Shown here: positions 10,341 through 20,114 of the stretch, one piece after another
Layout: each line of letters begins with the position of its first letter
Numbering within the stretch: the first letter of the stretch is position 1
From: an uncultured Candidatus Actinomarina sp.
GTDB taxonomy: Bacteria; Actinomycetota; Acidimicrobiia; Actinomarinales; Actinomarinaceae
Direction of reading: 5' to 3'
DNA: 64,000 bases
Assembly: GCA_902625455.1 (NCBI GenBank)
Contig: CACOBL010000003.1
Coordinates: 406 to 64,405 of the forward strand
Made by a program: the position numbers and the translations under genes
The notes under the pieces: model-generated
What the model was told of the DNA's origin: nothing
Databases searched by the model: none
The model's input: the letters and a program-made list of their open reading frames with translations, nothing else

Positions 10341-10589
10341 ATGATAGATAAAGATATTCTAGAGGGTTTAGCTGAACTAAACGAAACAGACTTAAAGAGA
10401 ATAAAACTTCTTGTTGATAATAAATTAAATCTTCATAAAGATATTAACGTGTCATATAGGTCAAAAAATATTAAATGCGGTAAAGAATCATGCCAAAAAT
10501 GTCCCCACGGTCCATATTGGTATGCTGAATGGACAGAAAATGGAAAAAGAAGAACAAAATACTTGGGAAAAACCTTAAGTGAAGTTTAA
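10341..10589 (+). CDS. Small basic Cys/His protein (DUF6788-like), possible Zn-binding nucleic-acid binder
   Basis: KCGKESCQKCPHGPYWY...NGKRRTKYLGK pattern; TAACAT box 7 nt upstream. Confidence 0.55.
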   Translation: MIDKDILEGLAELNETDLKRIKLLVDNKLNLHKDINVSYRSKNIKCGKESCQKCPHGPYWYAEWTENGKRRTKYLGKTLSEV

Positions 10590-12765
10590 CTTTCAATCAA
10601 ATAAAATTGCGACTGTATTTCCGTTTGCAATACTCTTAATATTTTTAAGAATTGATTTAATACTTCTTAATACACTCCCAACAGGTGGTGATATGGGTGC
10701 TCATATCGTACCAACTAAATTTTTTGTTGAAGAACTTTTTTACAATTTTAAAATTAGTGGTTGGTCAAATGACTGGTTTGCAGGCTATCCAGCATATTAT
10801 TTCTATTTTCCATTACCGCCATCTATTGTTGCAATTTTAAATCTTATTCTTCCCTTCAATATCTCATTTAAAATTATGGTTTTAATTTCTTTAGTTCTTC
10901 TAGTTATTTCTATAGAAAAGTTAATAAATTTTAAAATTGGTACTTTATCTTATATAGGGTTTGCTGGAGGATTGTTATATTTATTAACCGAATCTTTTAC
11001 TATATTTGGGGGTAATCTAGCATCTTCTCTTGCAGGCCAGTATTCATTCACATATTCTCTAGCATTTGCAAATTTATCAATTTATTACATACGTAATAAC
11101 TTGATTAAGTATTCAGTTATTAAAGCGTCATTATTGTTGGGACTATCTTTGCTTTCCCACATAATTCCATTTTTGATTTATGTACCAATATTTATAATTT
11201 ATTTTTTGTCTTCAAAATCTATAAATCTCGAAAAAATAATTGGGTTATTAATTTTTTTGTTTCTAACTTTGCGCTTTTCTATCTCTTTGTTTTTAAATCT
11301 AGAATTTACAACAAATATGACATACTCTCCTTACACAAAAATCAAAGATTTAATAAAGCCTGATATCCTTCCTTTTGCAATTGCAATATTATCTTATGGA
11401 ATTTTCACAGCGGGAAGAAAATTGAAAAATATGTTTTTATCAACCGAAATGTACTTAATTTTTATATCAACATTGTTATTTTTTTATGGCCCAGAGGGTG
11501 CTTTATGGAATGGAAGATTAGTACCTTTTTTTAATTTGGGTCTAATTATTTTATTTTTCAAAATCTTTGAAGAGAAAATGGACTTGTTAATTGACAGAAT
11601 AAAACAAAAATATTTGATTATATTGTTTTATCTAATATGTTCATCATTCTTAATTTTTAATTATGTTCAAAAATGGCAAGATAGGTATGCAATTACAGTT
11701 TATTTTATTGCTTTTATAATTTTGCTTTCGTTCATAATTACTATCTATAAACCTAAATATGGATTAGGAATAACACTAATTGCACTAGTTCTGTCTTCAG
11801 TAAATTTTTTACCACATTGGTTGAATTGGAATTTTACGGGGTATGATCAAAAAGATGACTGGAGCGATATTACAAATTTATACTCTGGATTAAACCAACT
11901 TGAGCCTGGAAGAATAATGTGGGAGCCAAATTCAGATTTAAACAAATATGGTACACCTATGGTTTTAATGACAATTCCTATGTTTACAAATCATGAAAGT
12001 GTCGAAGGTCTATATTTTGATTCGAGCATAACTACCCCTTTTCACTTTGTGACCGTATCTGGTGTTGCAGAAAGTCCATCGAACCCAGTAGGAGGACTAA
12101 GTTATATAAATGGTGATTTTGACAGGGGAGTAAGATACATGAAAGAGTTAGGGGTTGATTATTTTATTTCTTATACAGATTCGATTACCGACAAAGCAAT
12201 AATGTCAGACGAATTGGAGAATTTATTCCAAAGCCCACCATTTACAGTTTTTAAAATCTATTCTGACAAGGTTCAAGTTGTTGATGCTGAAGTAGTAAAC
12301 TTTAGTCAGCCAGAATTAGTTGAAAGAATTTCTAATTCGATATTTAAACAAGAAAAAACTGACAGTTTTTTCAGTCTTGCAATGAAAGAATTCAAGTTAG
12401 ACAATAAAAAAAGAATTATTGAAGGAATAGATGCTGAAGAATCTCAGGTTCAAAACAGACTTCCAAACAAAAAAAGTGAGATTAATAATCTCAGAATTTC
12501 AAACAACAAAATAACTTTTGAGACGGAACACCCTAATGAACTTCACATTGTCAAAGTATCATATTTTCCAAATTGGACAATAGAAAATGGTTCTGGCCCA
12601 TATAGATTGTCGCCATCATTTATGGGTGTTATCCCTTATTCCAACGAAGTAAGTATGACGTTCGAAAATACATCTTTAGAAAAATCCTTAAATATTATTT
12701 CGCTAATTATTTTTTTACTTACAGCATATCTTTTAGTATTTAGAATTAAAAAATATGCTGAATAA
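10579..12765 (+). CDS. Polytopic membrane protein, PTPS-related / GT-C-like putative glycosyltransferase
   Basis: TGGDMGAH after TM1, W...WFAGYP...FYFPL loop, many TM helices, large C-terminal soluble domain; next to GtrA and GT2 genes. Confidence 0.62.
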   Translation: MKFNFQSNKIATVFPFAILLIFLRIDLILLNTLPTGGDMGAHIVPTKFFVEELFYNFKISGWSNDWFAGYPAYYFYFPLPPSIVAILNLILPFNISFKIMVLISLVLLVISIEKLINFKIGTLSYIGFAGGLLYLLTESFTIFGGNLASSLAGQYSFTYSLAFANLSIYYIRNNLIKYSVIKASLLLGLSLLSHIIPFLIYVPIFIIYFLSSKSINLEKIIGLLIFLFLTLRFSISLFLNLEFTTNMTYSPYTKIKDLIKPDILPFAIAILSYGIFTAGRKLKNMFLSTEMYLIFISTLLFFYGPEGALWNGRLVPFFNLGLIILFFKIFEEKMDLLIDRIKQKYLIILFYLICSSFLIFNYVQKWQDRYAITVYFIAFIILLSFIITIYKPKYGLGITLIALVLSSVNFLPHWLNWNFTGYDQKDDWSDITNLYSGLNQLEPGRIMWEPNSDLNKYGTPMVLMTIPMFTNHESVEGLYFDSSITTPFHFVTVSGVAESPSNPVGGLSYINGDFDRGVRYMKELGVDYFISYTDSITDKAIMSDELENLFQSPPFTVFKIYSDKVQVVDAEVVNFSQPELVERISNSIFKQEKTDSFFSLAMKEFKLDNKKRIIEGIDAEESQVQNRLPNKKSEINNLRISNNKITFETEHPNELHIVKVSYFPNWTIENGSGPYRLSPSFMGVIPYSNEVSMTFENTSLEKSLNIISLIIFLLTAYLLVFRIKKYAE

Positions 12766-13216
12766 TCTTATTAATAAACTTACAAAAAGTGACAGCTCAT
12801 TAGCTGAATTATTCAGAACATATATTGTTGGAGCATTTAATTTAATCTTTGGTCTTTTTTTGAATTATATTTTTCAATTTTTAATTTTAACCATGATTAG
12901 TTTTCCTCTTAGAACTTATTTGACCAATACATTTTCATTTGCAATTGGCGTTGTGGTTTCTTATTTTTTATCAAGAAAAATTATTTTTCAACTTTCATAT
13001 CGTGATGGCTCATGGAAGGAGTTCATAAAATATATTTCTGTAAGCTTACTTAATTTAGGAATCCCAATTCTTGTTTGGTTTTTAATTAATTTTTGGAATC
13101 CTGAATTTCAAAAAAACGAGTTGTATTACTTGGTAATTACAGTTTTAATTCATGGATCAATACTTCCAATTAAGTATTTAATTTATAAATTTTTTGTTTT
13201 TAAAGATTCTTTATAA
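12755..13216 (+). CDS. GtrA-like flippase
   Basis: 153 aa, about 4 TM; ELFRTYIVG..N, N..SF..G..VSY.LSR..IF pattern. Confidence 0.68.
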   Translation: MLNNLINKLTKSDSSLAELFRTYIVGAFNLIFGLFLNYIFQFLILTMISFPLRTYLTNTFSFAIGVVVSYFLSRKIIFQLSYRDGSWKEFIKYISVSLLNLGIPILVWFLINFWNPEFQKNELYYLVITVLIHGSILPIKYLIYKFFVFKDSL

Positions 13217-13917
13217 AACGCAATTTTTAGCTTAAATAAGCTCTTTAAAGTTCTTGGAATTCTTTTATATATAACAGAAACACTTGGTCTTATTTCGTTT
13301 ATCTTTGCAGGAACTTCCTTAAATTCATTTCCAGTTTTTTCAATTCGAAGAAGTAGTTCTGTATCAAATAAATCTTGTGTAGAAATTACTAAATTAATAT
13401 GATCATTTACAAAACTTTTCCTGACTGCTTTCATTCCGTGCGTATCAGATAAGTTAGTTTTAAATAAAATTTTTAAAATATAAACAAAAAAATTAGTGGC
13501 AAATTTTCGTATCAGTCTTCTTCCATCTTCAGAATTTTTCAATCTTTTTGATGCAATTAAACCAGCATATTTTTCTTCTAGCAATAAACACTCTCTTAAA
13601 AAACTTTCAGAATAATAATCGATATCAAATGAAATAATTATTTCATTTTTGCATTTCAAAAACCCTCTTTTAAGTGCTTCACCATAATTTGGATGATCGT
13701 TTTCAATTAAAACTACTTTGGAATTAGATTGTTCAAATTCTCTAGCGAGATTTTTTGTATTGTCAGTAGACCCATTTTCTGAGATTATAATTTCATAGTC
13801 AACAGATGTTCTTTCACAAATAGAGAGAATATTATTTATCGATTCTGCAAGAATATCTTCCTCATTGTAAATAGGAATCACAATTGAAAAGTTATTAAAA
13901 CTAGAGTTTGAATCCAT
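13183..13917 (-). CDS. Glycosyltransferase family 2 (polyprenol-phosphate sugar synthase-like)
   Basis: SIVIPIYNEE, ENGSTDNT, NYGEALKRG, FDID, D...GMKA and FDTELL motifs. Confidence 0.85.
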   Translation of the reverse strand: MDSNSSFNNFSIVIPIYNEEDILAESINNILSICERTSVDYEIIISENGSTDNTKNLAREFEQSNSKVVLIENDHPNYGEALKRGFLKCKNEIIISFDIDYYSESFLRECLLLEEKYAGLIASKRLKNSEDGRRLIRKFATNFFVYILKILFKTNLSDTHGMKAVRKSFVNDHINLVISTQDLFDTELLLRIEKTGNEFKEVPAKINEIRPSVSVIYKRIPRTLKSLFKLKIAFYKESLKTKNL

Positions 13918-13923
13918 GAACAG

Positions 13924-13930
13924 TACAATA
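13924..13930. promoter_or_regulatory. Putative bidirectional promoter core with overlapping -10 boxes
   Basis: TACAAT (+, 13924-29) is 9 nt before the pmm ATG and TATTGT (-, 13925-30) is 7 nt before the GT2 ATG, within a 21-nt intergenic gap. Confidence 0.4.
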
Positions 13931-13938
13931 ATTGAGTA

Positions 13939-15273
13939 ATGACAAAAAATAAACTAGATTTAATTTTTAAATCTTATGATATAAGGGGCGTTTATGGTGA
14001 CAGCATAGACCAAGCCATAGCTTATAAAATTGGCAAAGCTTTTGCAGAATTTGTTCTTGATGACAGTATTATTGTTGGTCATGACGGGAGAGTTTCAAAT
14101 ATTGAAATGCTTGATGCTTTTACTTCTGGAATTAAATCCATTAATAAAGAAATTATTTATGTTGGATTAGTCCCAACAGATACTGTCTATTCACTATCCG
14201 GTTTACTCAAAAAACCAGGGGCAATAATTACTGCTTCACATAATCCAAAAAATTATAATGGCTTAAAACTCTGTAATGCTGGAGCAATACCAATAGGTGA
14301 AGACTCTGGCCTAATGGATATTAAAAAACTAGCCGATAGAAATGTTGAAATACGTATTGAGAAATTTCAAAATAATGTCAAATACTTAGGTAATGAATAT
14401 TATGAACATCTCAAAAACTTAGTATCTCCAAAGAGTATTTCACAAAAATTAAACTTCGGTATTGATGGAGGAAACGGTGTATTTGGTGCGGTATTTGATG
14501 CTTTAAATAATATATACAAATTCAATGCTAGGTCTATATATTTAGAAGTCGATGGAAATTTTCCTAATCATCCTGCTGACCCATCAGACGAATCAAACTT
14601 AACTGATTTAAAAAATTTAGTTATAGATAATGATTTAGATTTTGGAATAGCATTTGATGGGGACGCTGATAGAGGTGTATTTATAGATAATCTTGGAAGA
14701 GTTATTTCAGGGAGTATGATGACAGTGTTAATATCAGAATTTTTGTCTTCACAAAAAAAAGAATTTAGAGTAGTCCACAATGTCAACGTCTCTCCTCATG
14801 CGTTAAAAATGATGAAAAATAACAATGTTGAATTATATAAATGTAAAGTCGGTCATTCCAATATAAAAAAAATGATGCGTGATGTAGATGCTGATTTTGG
14901 GGGAGAACATAGCGCTCATTTTTATTACAGAGATAACTTTTATGCTGATTCTGCAATTCTCACACTTTTGATATTTATGAAATTTTTGTCTAATAATAAA
15001 GAGAAACTCAGCTCTATAATTGATAACTACAACTTTCCACCTAGTTCTGGTGAAATAAATTTTGCTGTTAAAGATATTAATGAGTCAATCAGGAATATTG
15101 AAAGTATTTTTGAAGGGGAGTTTGATCAAACTGATGGACTTAGTTGTTTTCATAGAAATTTTTGGTTTAATGTTAGGGGTTCAAATACTGAAAATAAGTT
15201 AAGAATTAATGTCGAAGCTGATACTCAAGAAATTCTTGACCAAGTTTTAGAAAAAATTTCGAGTAGTATTTAG
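13939..15273 (+). CDS. manB: Phosphomannomutase/phosphoglucomutase
   Basis: FKSYDIRG, ITASHNP, FDGDADR and GGEHSAHFY motifs. Confidence 0.92.
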   Translation: MTKNKLDLIFKSYDIRGVYGDSIDQAIAYKIGKAFAEFVLDDSIIVGHDGRVSNIEMLDAFTSGIKSINKEIIYVGLVPTDTVYSLSGLLKKPGAIITASHNPKNYNGLKLCNAGAIPIGEDSGLMDIKKLADRNVEIRIEKFQNNVKYLGNEYYEHLKNLVSPKSISQKLNFGIDGGNGVFGAVFDALNNIYKFNARSIYLEVDGNFPNHPADPSDESNLTDLKNLVIDNDLDFGIAFDGDADRGVFIDNLGRVISGSMMTVLISEFLSSQKKEFRVVHNVNVSPHALKMMKNNNVELYKCKVGHSNIKKMMRDVDADFGGEHSAHFYYRDNFYADSAILTLLIFMKFLSNNKEKLSSIIDNYNFPPSSGEINFAVKDINESIRNIESIFEGEFDQTDGLSCFHRNFWFNVRGSNTENKLRINVEADTQEILDQVLEKISSSI

Positions 15274-15279
15274 TTGTAA

Positions 15280-16269
15280 ATGTTAGAACATGTTTTAAAT
15301 TTAGGTCATCAGTTGAAAACTGATTTAGAGACTTCAGAGGAATTTACATCATTTGATAATGAGAGAATCCTTATTGTAGGGATGGGTGGTTCTGGAGTAG
15401 CAGGTGATGTTCTTAAACTTATACTCAATCAACATACCAATATAGATGTAGAAGTTAGGAAAGCATACAATTTAACAAAATCTCAAATTGCAGCACGACC
15501 TTTCTGTTTATTTATTTCGTATTCTGGAAATACAGAAGAAACAATAAGTGTAGTTAAAGATGCAATAGATCAAAATTTGGAATGGGCAGCAATCTCTAGT
15601 GGAGGAGAGCTTTTAGATTTAGCAACTAAACATAATAAAAAGTTTGTCAAAGTTCCGGATGGGCTTCAACCAAGGGCTGCATTTGGTCTCATGACCAAAG
15701 CAGTTGTAAATTATTTACCAAATCAAACTAAAGAGTCTTTTATTAATGCATGTGATGAAGCTGGAAATTATTTAAATAATTTAACGGAAGATACTTCAAA
15801 TGAAGTTTTTGAAATTTCTAGGGATATTGCTAACCAAATCGGATCGAAAACAGCTGTAATATATGCTGGTTCAGATTTAACCTATTTAGTTGCTCAAAGA
15901 TGGAAAACACAAATAAATGAGAATTCTAAATCAAAGGCTTTTGTTGGATTTATGCCGGAAGTACATCATAATGAAATACTTTCATGGGAAGCAGATCCTG
16001 ATGGTTCAAAAAATAACTTTATCTTGATTCTTCTTAGAGGGGATGACCATAAAAAGATAGACAATAGATTTGAATTAACAAAGGAACTTCTAGGCTCTAA
16101 AGTAGACGTGCTTGATATTAAAAATATTTCTTCTGACAATTTAATTAAAGATTTATTTCATTTAGTCTTAATAGGTGATTTAGTAAGCGTCAATCTAGCA
16201 GATCATTTAAACATTGATCCATTCAACATTGACGCTATTGAAAATTTAAAGAAGAAATTAAAAGGATAG
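15280..16269 (+). CDS. Bifunctional phosphoglucose/phosphomannose isomerase (SIS)
   Basis: GMGGSG, SYSGNTEET, QPRAA, RWKTQINENSK and PEVHHNEI motifs. Confidence 0.88.
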   Translation: MLEHVLNLGHQLKTDLETSEEFTSFDNERILIVGMGGSGVAGDVLKLILNQHTNIDVEVRKAYNLTKSQIAARPFCLFISYSGNTEETISVVKDAIDQNLEWAAISSGGELLDLATKHNKKFVKVPDGLQPRAAFGLMTKAVVNYLPNQTKESFINACDEAGNYLNNLTEDTSNEVFEISRDIANQIGSKTAVIYAGSDLTYLVAQRWKTQINENSKSKAFVGFMPEVHHNEILSWEADPDGSKNNFILILLRGDDHKKIDNRFELTKELLGSKVDVLDIKNISSDNLIKDLFHLVLIGDLVSVNLADHLNIDPFNIDAIENLKKKLKG

Positions 16270-16272
16270 ATA

Positions 16273-17517
16273 ATGTCAACAATTAAAGATTCAAAATTAG
16301 CAAACACAGGACATGAAGAAGTAAGCTGGGCCAGCAGACAGATGCAAGTTTTAGAGGAAATTAAAAATGAATTTTCATCAACTAAACCTTTAACAGGCTT
16401 AAGTGTCGGTGCTTGCATGCACGTAACAAAAGAGACAGCTAACTTAATGCTTACTTTAAAAGAAGCTGGAGCAAATGTAGCTTTATGCGCATCAAATCCA
16501 TTATCTACAAAAGACTCAGTTGCAGCTTATCTTGCAGAAAATGATGTTGAGGTTCATGCTGTACATGGGGTCTCTAATGATGAATTTTTTAAACACCTTA
16601 ACTCTGTTTTAGATACAAAACCAGATATTACCATGGATGATGGGGCAGATTTAGTAACCTTACTTCTTACAGATCGATCTGATATTCCAATAATGGGTTC
16701 AATGGAAGAAACTACGACTGGAGTGATAAGACTAAAGTCTATGGAAAAAAATAATAAACTTCGATTCCCTGTCGTGGCTGTAAATGACTCTGACACAAAG
16801 CATTTATTTGATAACAGATTTGGTACGGGTCAAAGCGCAATGGACGGTGTTGTTAGAGCTACAGATCTATTAATTGCTGGGTTAAATGTAGTCGTTATCG
16901 GTTTTGGTGATTGTGGAAAAGGAGTTGCAGAGAGAGCCTATGGCATGGGCGCAAAAGTTACTGTTGTTGAACCAAACTCTGTACGTGCACTAGAAGCTTT
17001 AATGCATGGATATGAGGTGAAAAATAGTGTTAATGCTGCAAAAATTGCTGATGTTGTTGTGTCAGTAACTGGAAATATGCACGCACTTGATAAACAACAT
17101 TTTGATGTTATGAAAGATGGTGTTGTATTAGCTAATGCAGGACATTTTGATGTAGAAATAAATTTGGAAATATTAAAAGAGGACAGCTCAGAGGTTAATA
17201 GAGTAAGAGAACATGTTGAAAGTTATAAATATGATGGTAAAGAAATATTAGTTCTAGCTGAAGGAAGACTGGTAAATTTAGCTGCTGCTACTGGGCATCC
17301 AGCATCAGTTATGGATATGTCCTTCGCAAACCAAGCTTTGGCAGCTGAGTGGATTAAAAATAACCATAAAACACTGGAAGCAAAAGTGTACACCCTTCCA
17401 AGTGAAGTTGATTTAAAAATCGCTGCAACTAAATTAGGACTCATGGGTGGAGAGTTAGAAATACTCACTAAAGAGCAAATCGCATATCTCGACTCTTGGG
17501 AGCATGGCACCAGCTAA
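16273..17517 (+). CDS. ahcY: Adenosylhomocysteinase
   Basis: ACMHVTKETA, CASNPLST, DDGADL, EETTTGV, KHLFDNRFGTGQS, GHFDVEI and GHPASVMDMSF motifs. Confidence 0.97.
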   Translation: MSTIKDSKLANTGHEEVSWASRQMQVLEEIKNEFSSTKPLTGLSVGACMHVTKETANLMLTLKEAGANVALCASNPLSTKDSVAAYLAENDVEVHAVHGVSNDEFFKHLNSVLDTKPDITMDDGADLVTLLLTDRSDIPIMGSMEETTTGVIRLKSMEKNNKLRFPVVAVNDSDTKHLFDNRFGTGQSAMDGVVRATDLLIAGLNVVVIGFGDCGKGVAERAYGMGAKVTVVEPNSVRALEALMHGYEVKNSVNAAKIADVVVSVTGNMHALDKQHFDVMKDGVVLANAGHFDVEINLEILKEDSSEVNRVREHVESYKYDGKEILVLAEGRLVNLAAATGHPASVMDMSFANQALAAEWIKNNHKTLEAKVYTLPSEVDLKIAATKLGLMGGELEILTKEQIAYLDSWEHGTS

Positions 17518-17519
17518 AT

Positions 17520-20114
17520 TTGAATTTATTTAAAAAAGCACTTTCAGTTGGTAGTGGGAAGTTAACTTCTGAGCTAAATGGGATTGTTGAAGAAATAAAT
17601 AAAAAAGAGCAATCTTTTGAAAAATTATCTGATGAAGAAATAAAAACTAATTTTCAAAATCTTTCTGAAAAAATTGTTGATTCACCTTCCGATATTGAGG
17701 TAGAAGCATTTGCATATATAAGAGAGGCCGCAAAAAGAACACTTAATCAAAGACATTACGATGTTCAACTATTTGGAGGACTGGTTCTTCTTAGAAATAA
17801 AATATCTGAAATGAAAACCGGTGAAGGTAAAACTCTTGTTTCAACCTTACCAATCTCTTTAATGGCTTTATATAAAAAAGGCGTTCATGTAGTAACTGTA
17901 AATGAATACCTCGCAAAAAGAGACGCAGAGTGGATGAGTCCAATTTATAATTTTTTAGGTCTTGAAGTAGGTCTGATTTATTCAAATCAAGATTATGAGG
18001 AAAAGATTGAAGCATACAAAAAAGACATTACATATGGTACCAACAATGAATTTGGTTTTGATTATCTCAGAGATAATATGGCAATTTCAAGTGAACAATT
18101 AGTTCAAGGAGATTTGTTTTACGGTGTTATTGACGAGGTAGATTCGATACTAGTTGACGAAGCAAGAACTCCATTAATTATATCTGGCAAAGTAAGTGAT
18201 TCAACAAAATGGTACACAGAGTTCACCAAGATTGTAAAAGGAATGAAAAGAGATGTTCACTATGATATTGACGAAGCTAAAAAACAAGTTCATCCTACTG
18301 AATTAGGAATTGAATATGTCGAATCAAAACTGGGTATCTCAAATTTATACGAAAATTCTCAAACAAACTTTATACATTATTTAACGGCATGTTTAAGAGC
18401 TAAAACAATATTTGCAAAAGATGTGGATTATATTGTTTCAAATGGTCAAATCAATATTGTTGACGAATTTACAGGCAGAGTTCTTGAAGGAAGGAGGTAT
18501 TCAGACGGGTTACATCAAGCATTAGAAGCTAAAGAAAATGTAAGAATTCAAGATGAAAATCAAACATTAGCATCAATAACTTATCAAAACTATTTCAGAA
18601 TGTATGAAAATTTGGCAGGAATGACTGGTACTGCAAAAACTGAAGAAGAAGAGTTTATTCAAATATACAATCTTGAGGTTGTTGAAATCCCCACAAATTT
18701 ACCAATACAAAGAATGGATCAACAGGACGCTGTTTATAAAACTAATGAAGCAAAACTGAACGCAGTTATTGACGATATTATTGACAGAAACAAAAAAGGA
18801 CAACCAATTTTATTAGGAACTGTTTCTGTCGAAGCTTCAGAAGAAGTATCTAAACAATTAACTAACAAAGGAATCGTACATAATGTTTTAAATGCAAAAA
18901 ATCATGAACAGGAAGCTCAAATCATTGCACAGGCGGGAAGATTGGGAGCTGTTACAGTTGCAACGAACATGGCTGGAAGGGGTGTTGATATAAAATTAGG
19001 TGGAAATCCTGAGGAAATAGCAGTTCAGCAGCAAATAAAGGAAAATAAACTAGACGACCCAATGTATTTAGATTCAAAGATTAATGATTTAGAGTTACAA
19101 GTATCTGAAGAAAAAAATAAAGTATTAGAACTTGGTGGGCTATATGTTTTAGGTACAGAGAGGCATGACTCAAGAAGAATTGACAATCAGCTAAGAGGAA
19201 GATCTGGCAGGCAAGGCGACCCAGGAGAATCAAGATTTTATATTTCACTTCAAGATGACTTAATGAGAAGATTTCAAGGTGAAAGAATTGAATCAATAAT
19301 GAATAAACTCAATCTTCCAGATGAAGAACGAATAGAACAATCAATGGTGACTAAAAGTATAGAAAGGGCACAAGCTCAGGTTGAATCACTCAATTTTGAA
19401 ATCAGAAAAAATGTACTTAAATTCGATCAAGTACTAAATCAACAAAGAGAAGTTATTTACAAATGGAGAAGACAACTTCTTAGGTCTGATAGTATTGAAA
19501 ATTTAATTTCAGAATGGTTTGATGATGTTGTCAGCACTATTTCAAATAATATTGAACTACATAAAAAAAATTATGAAAACTTAGAGCATTTAAACCAATT
19601 AATTTCTGATGAACTCAGTAATTTATTAAGTGATGGAGTTAAAAAAGAATTTGTTAGAAATATCGAGATCAACGATCAATTGCAAATTGATCATGAGCTG
19701 GAGAATCTATTTAATAATAATGAATCACAAGACTTTGATACATTTTGGAAATTAGCAAGAGGTTCATCTTTATCATTTGTTGACCAATCTTGGAAGGATC
19801 ATTTAGCTGAAATGGACTATTTAAGATCTGGAATTGGACTAAGGGCAATGGGCCAAAGAGATCCGCTTGTTGAGTATCAGAATGAGGGATATACACTTTT
19901 TGAGGATCTAATTGAGAATGTTAAGTTTTCAGTAATTAGAATTCTTATGAATTTTGATAAAAGTTTTATCATACAAAATCAAGAAAACAAGGATAATGTA
20001 AAGACTACACAAATAATTAAAGATAAGATTGGTAGGAATGATCCTTGCTATTGTGGTTCAGGTATTAAATATAAAAAATGTGGAATGGTTAATAAATGTA
20101 TAAAGAAATCCTAA
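17520..20114 (+). CDS. secA: Preprotein translocase ATPase SecA (start likely TTG 17520 rather than 17496)
   Basis: EMKTGEGKT, HVVTVNEYLA, DEVDSILVDEARTPLIISG, TNMAGRGVDI, SRRIDNQLRGRSGRQGDPG motifs; C-terminal GRNDPCYCGSG. Confidence 0.97.
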   Translation: MNLFKKALSVGSGKLTSELNGIVEEINKKEQSFEKLSDEEIKTNFQNLSEKIVDSPSDIEVEAFAYIREAAKRTLNQRHYDVQLFGGLVLLRNKISEMKTGEGKTLVSTLPISLMALYKKGVHVVTVNEYLAKRDAEWMSPIYNFLGLEVGLIYSNQDYEEKIEAYKKDITYGTNNEFGFDYLRDNMAISSEQLVQGDLFYGVIDEVDSILVDEARTPLIISGKVSDSTKWYTEFTKIVKGMKRDVHYDIDEAKKQVHPTELGIEYVESKLGISNLYENSQTNFIHYLTACLRAKTIFAKDVDYIVSNGQINIVDEFTGRVLEGRRYSDGLHQALEAKENVRIQDENQTLASITYQNYFRMYENLAGMTGTAKTEEEEFIQIYNLEVVEIPTNLPIQRMDQQDAVYKTNEAKLNAVIDDIIDRNKKGQPILLGTVSVEASEEVSKQLTNKGIVHNVLNAKNHEQEAQIIAQAGRLGAVTVATNMAGRGVDIKLGGNPEEIAVQQQIKENKLDDPMYLDSKINDLELQVSEEKNKVLELGGLYVLGTERHDSRRIDNQLRGRSGRQGDPGESRFYISLQDDLMRRFQGERIESIMNKLNLPDEERIEQSMVTKSIERAQAQVESLNFEIRKNVLKFDQVLNQQREVIYKWRRQLLRSDSIENLISEWFDDVVSTISNNIELHKKNYENLEHLNQLISDELSNLLSDGVKKEFVRNIEINDQLQIDHELENLFNNNESQDFDTFWKLARGSSLSFVDQSWKDHLAEMDYLRSGIGLRAMGQRDPLVEYQNEGYTLFEDLIENVKFSVIRILMNFDKSFIIQNQENKDNVKTTQIIKDKIGRNDPCYCGSGIKYKKCGMVNKCIKKS

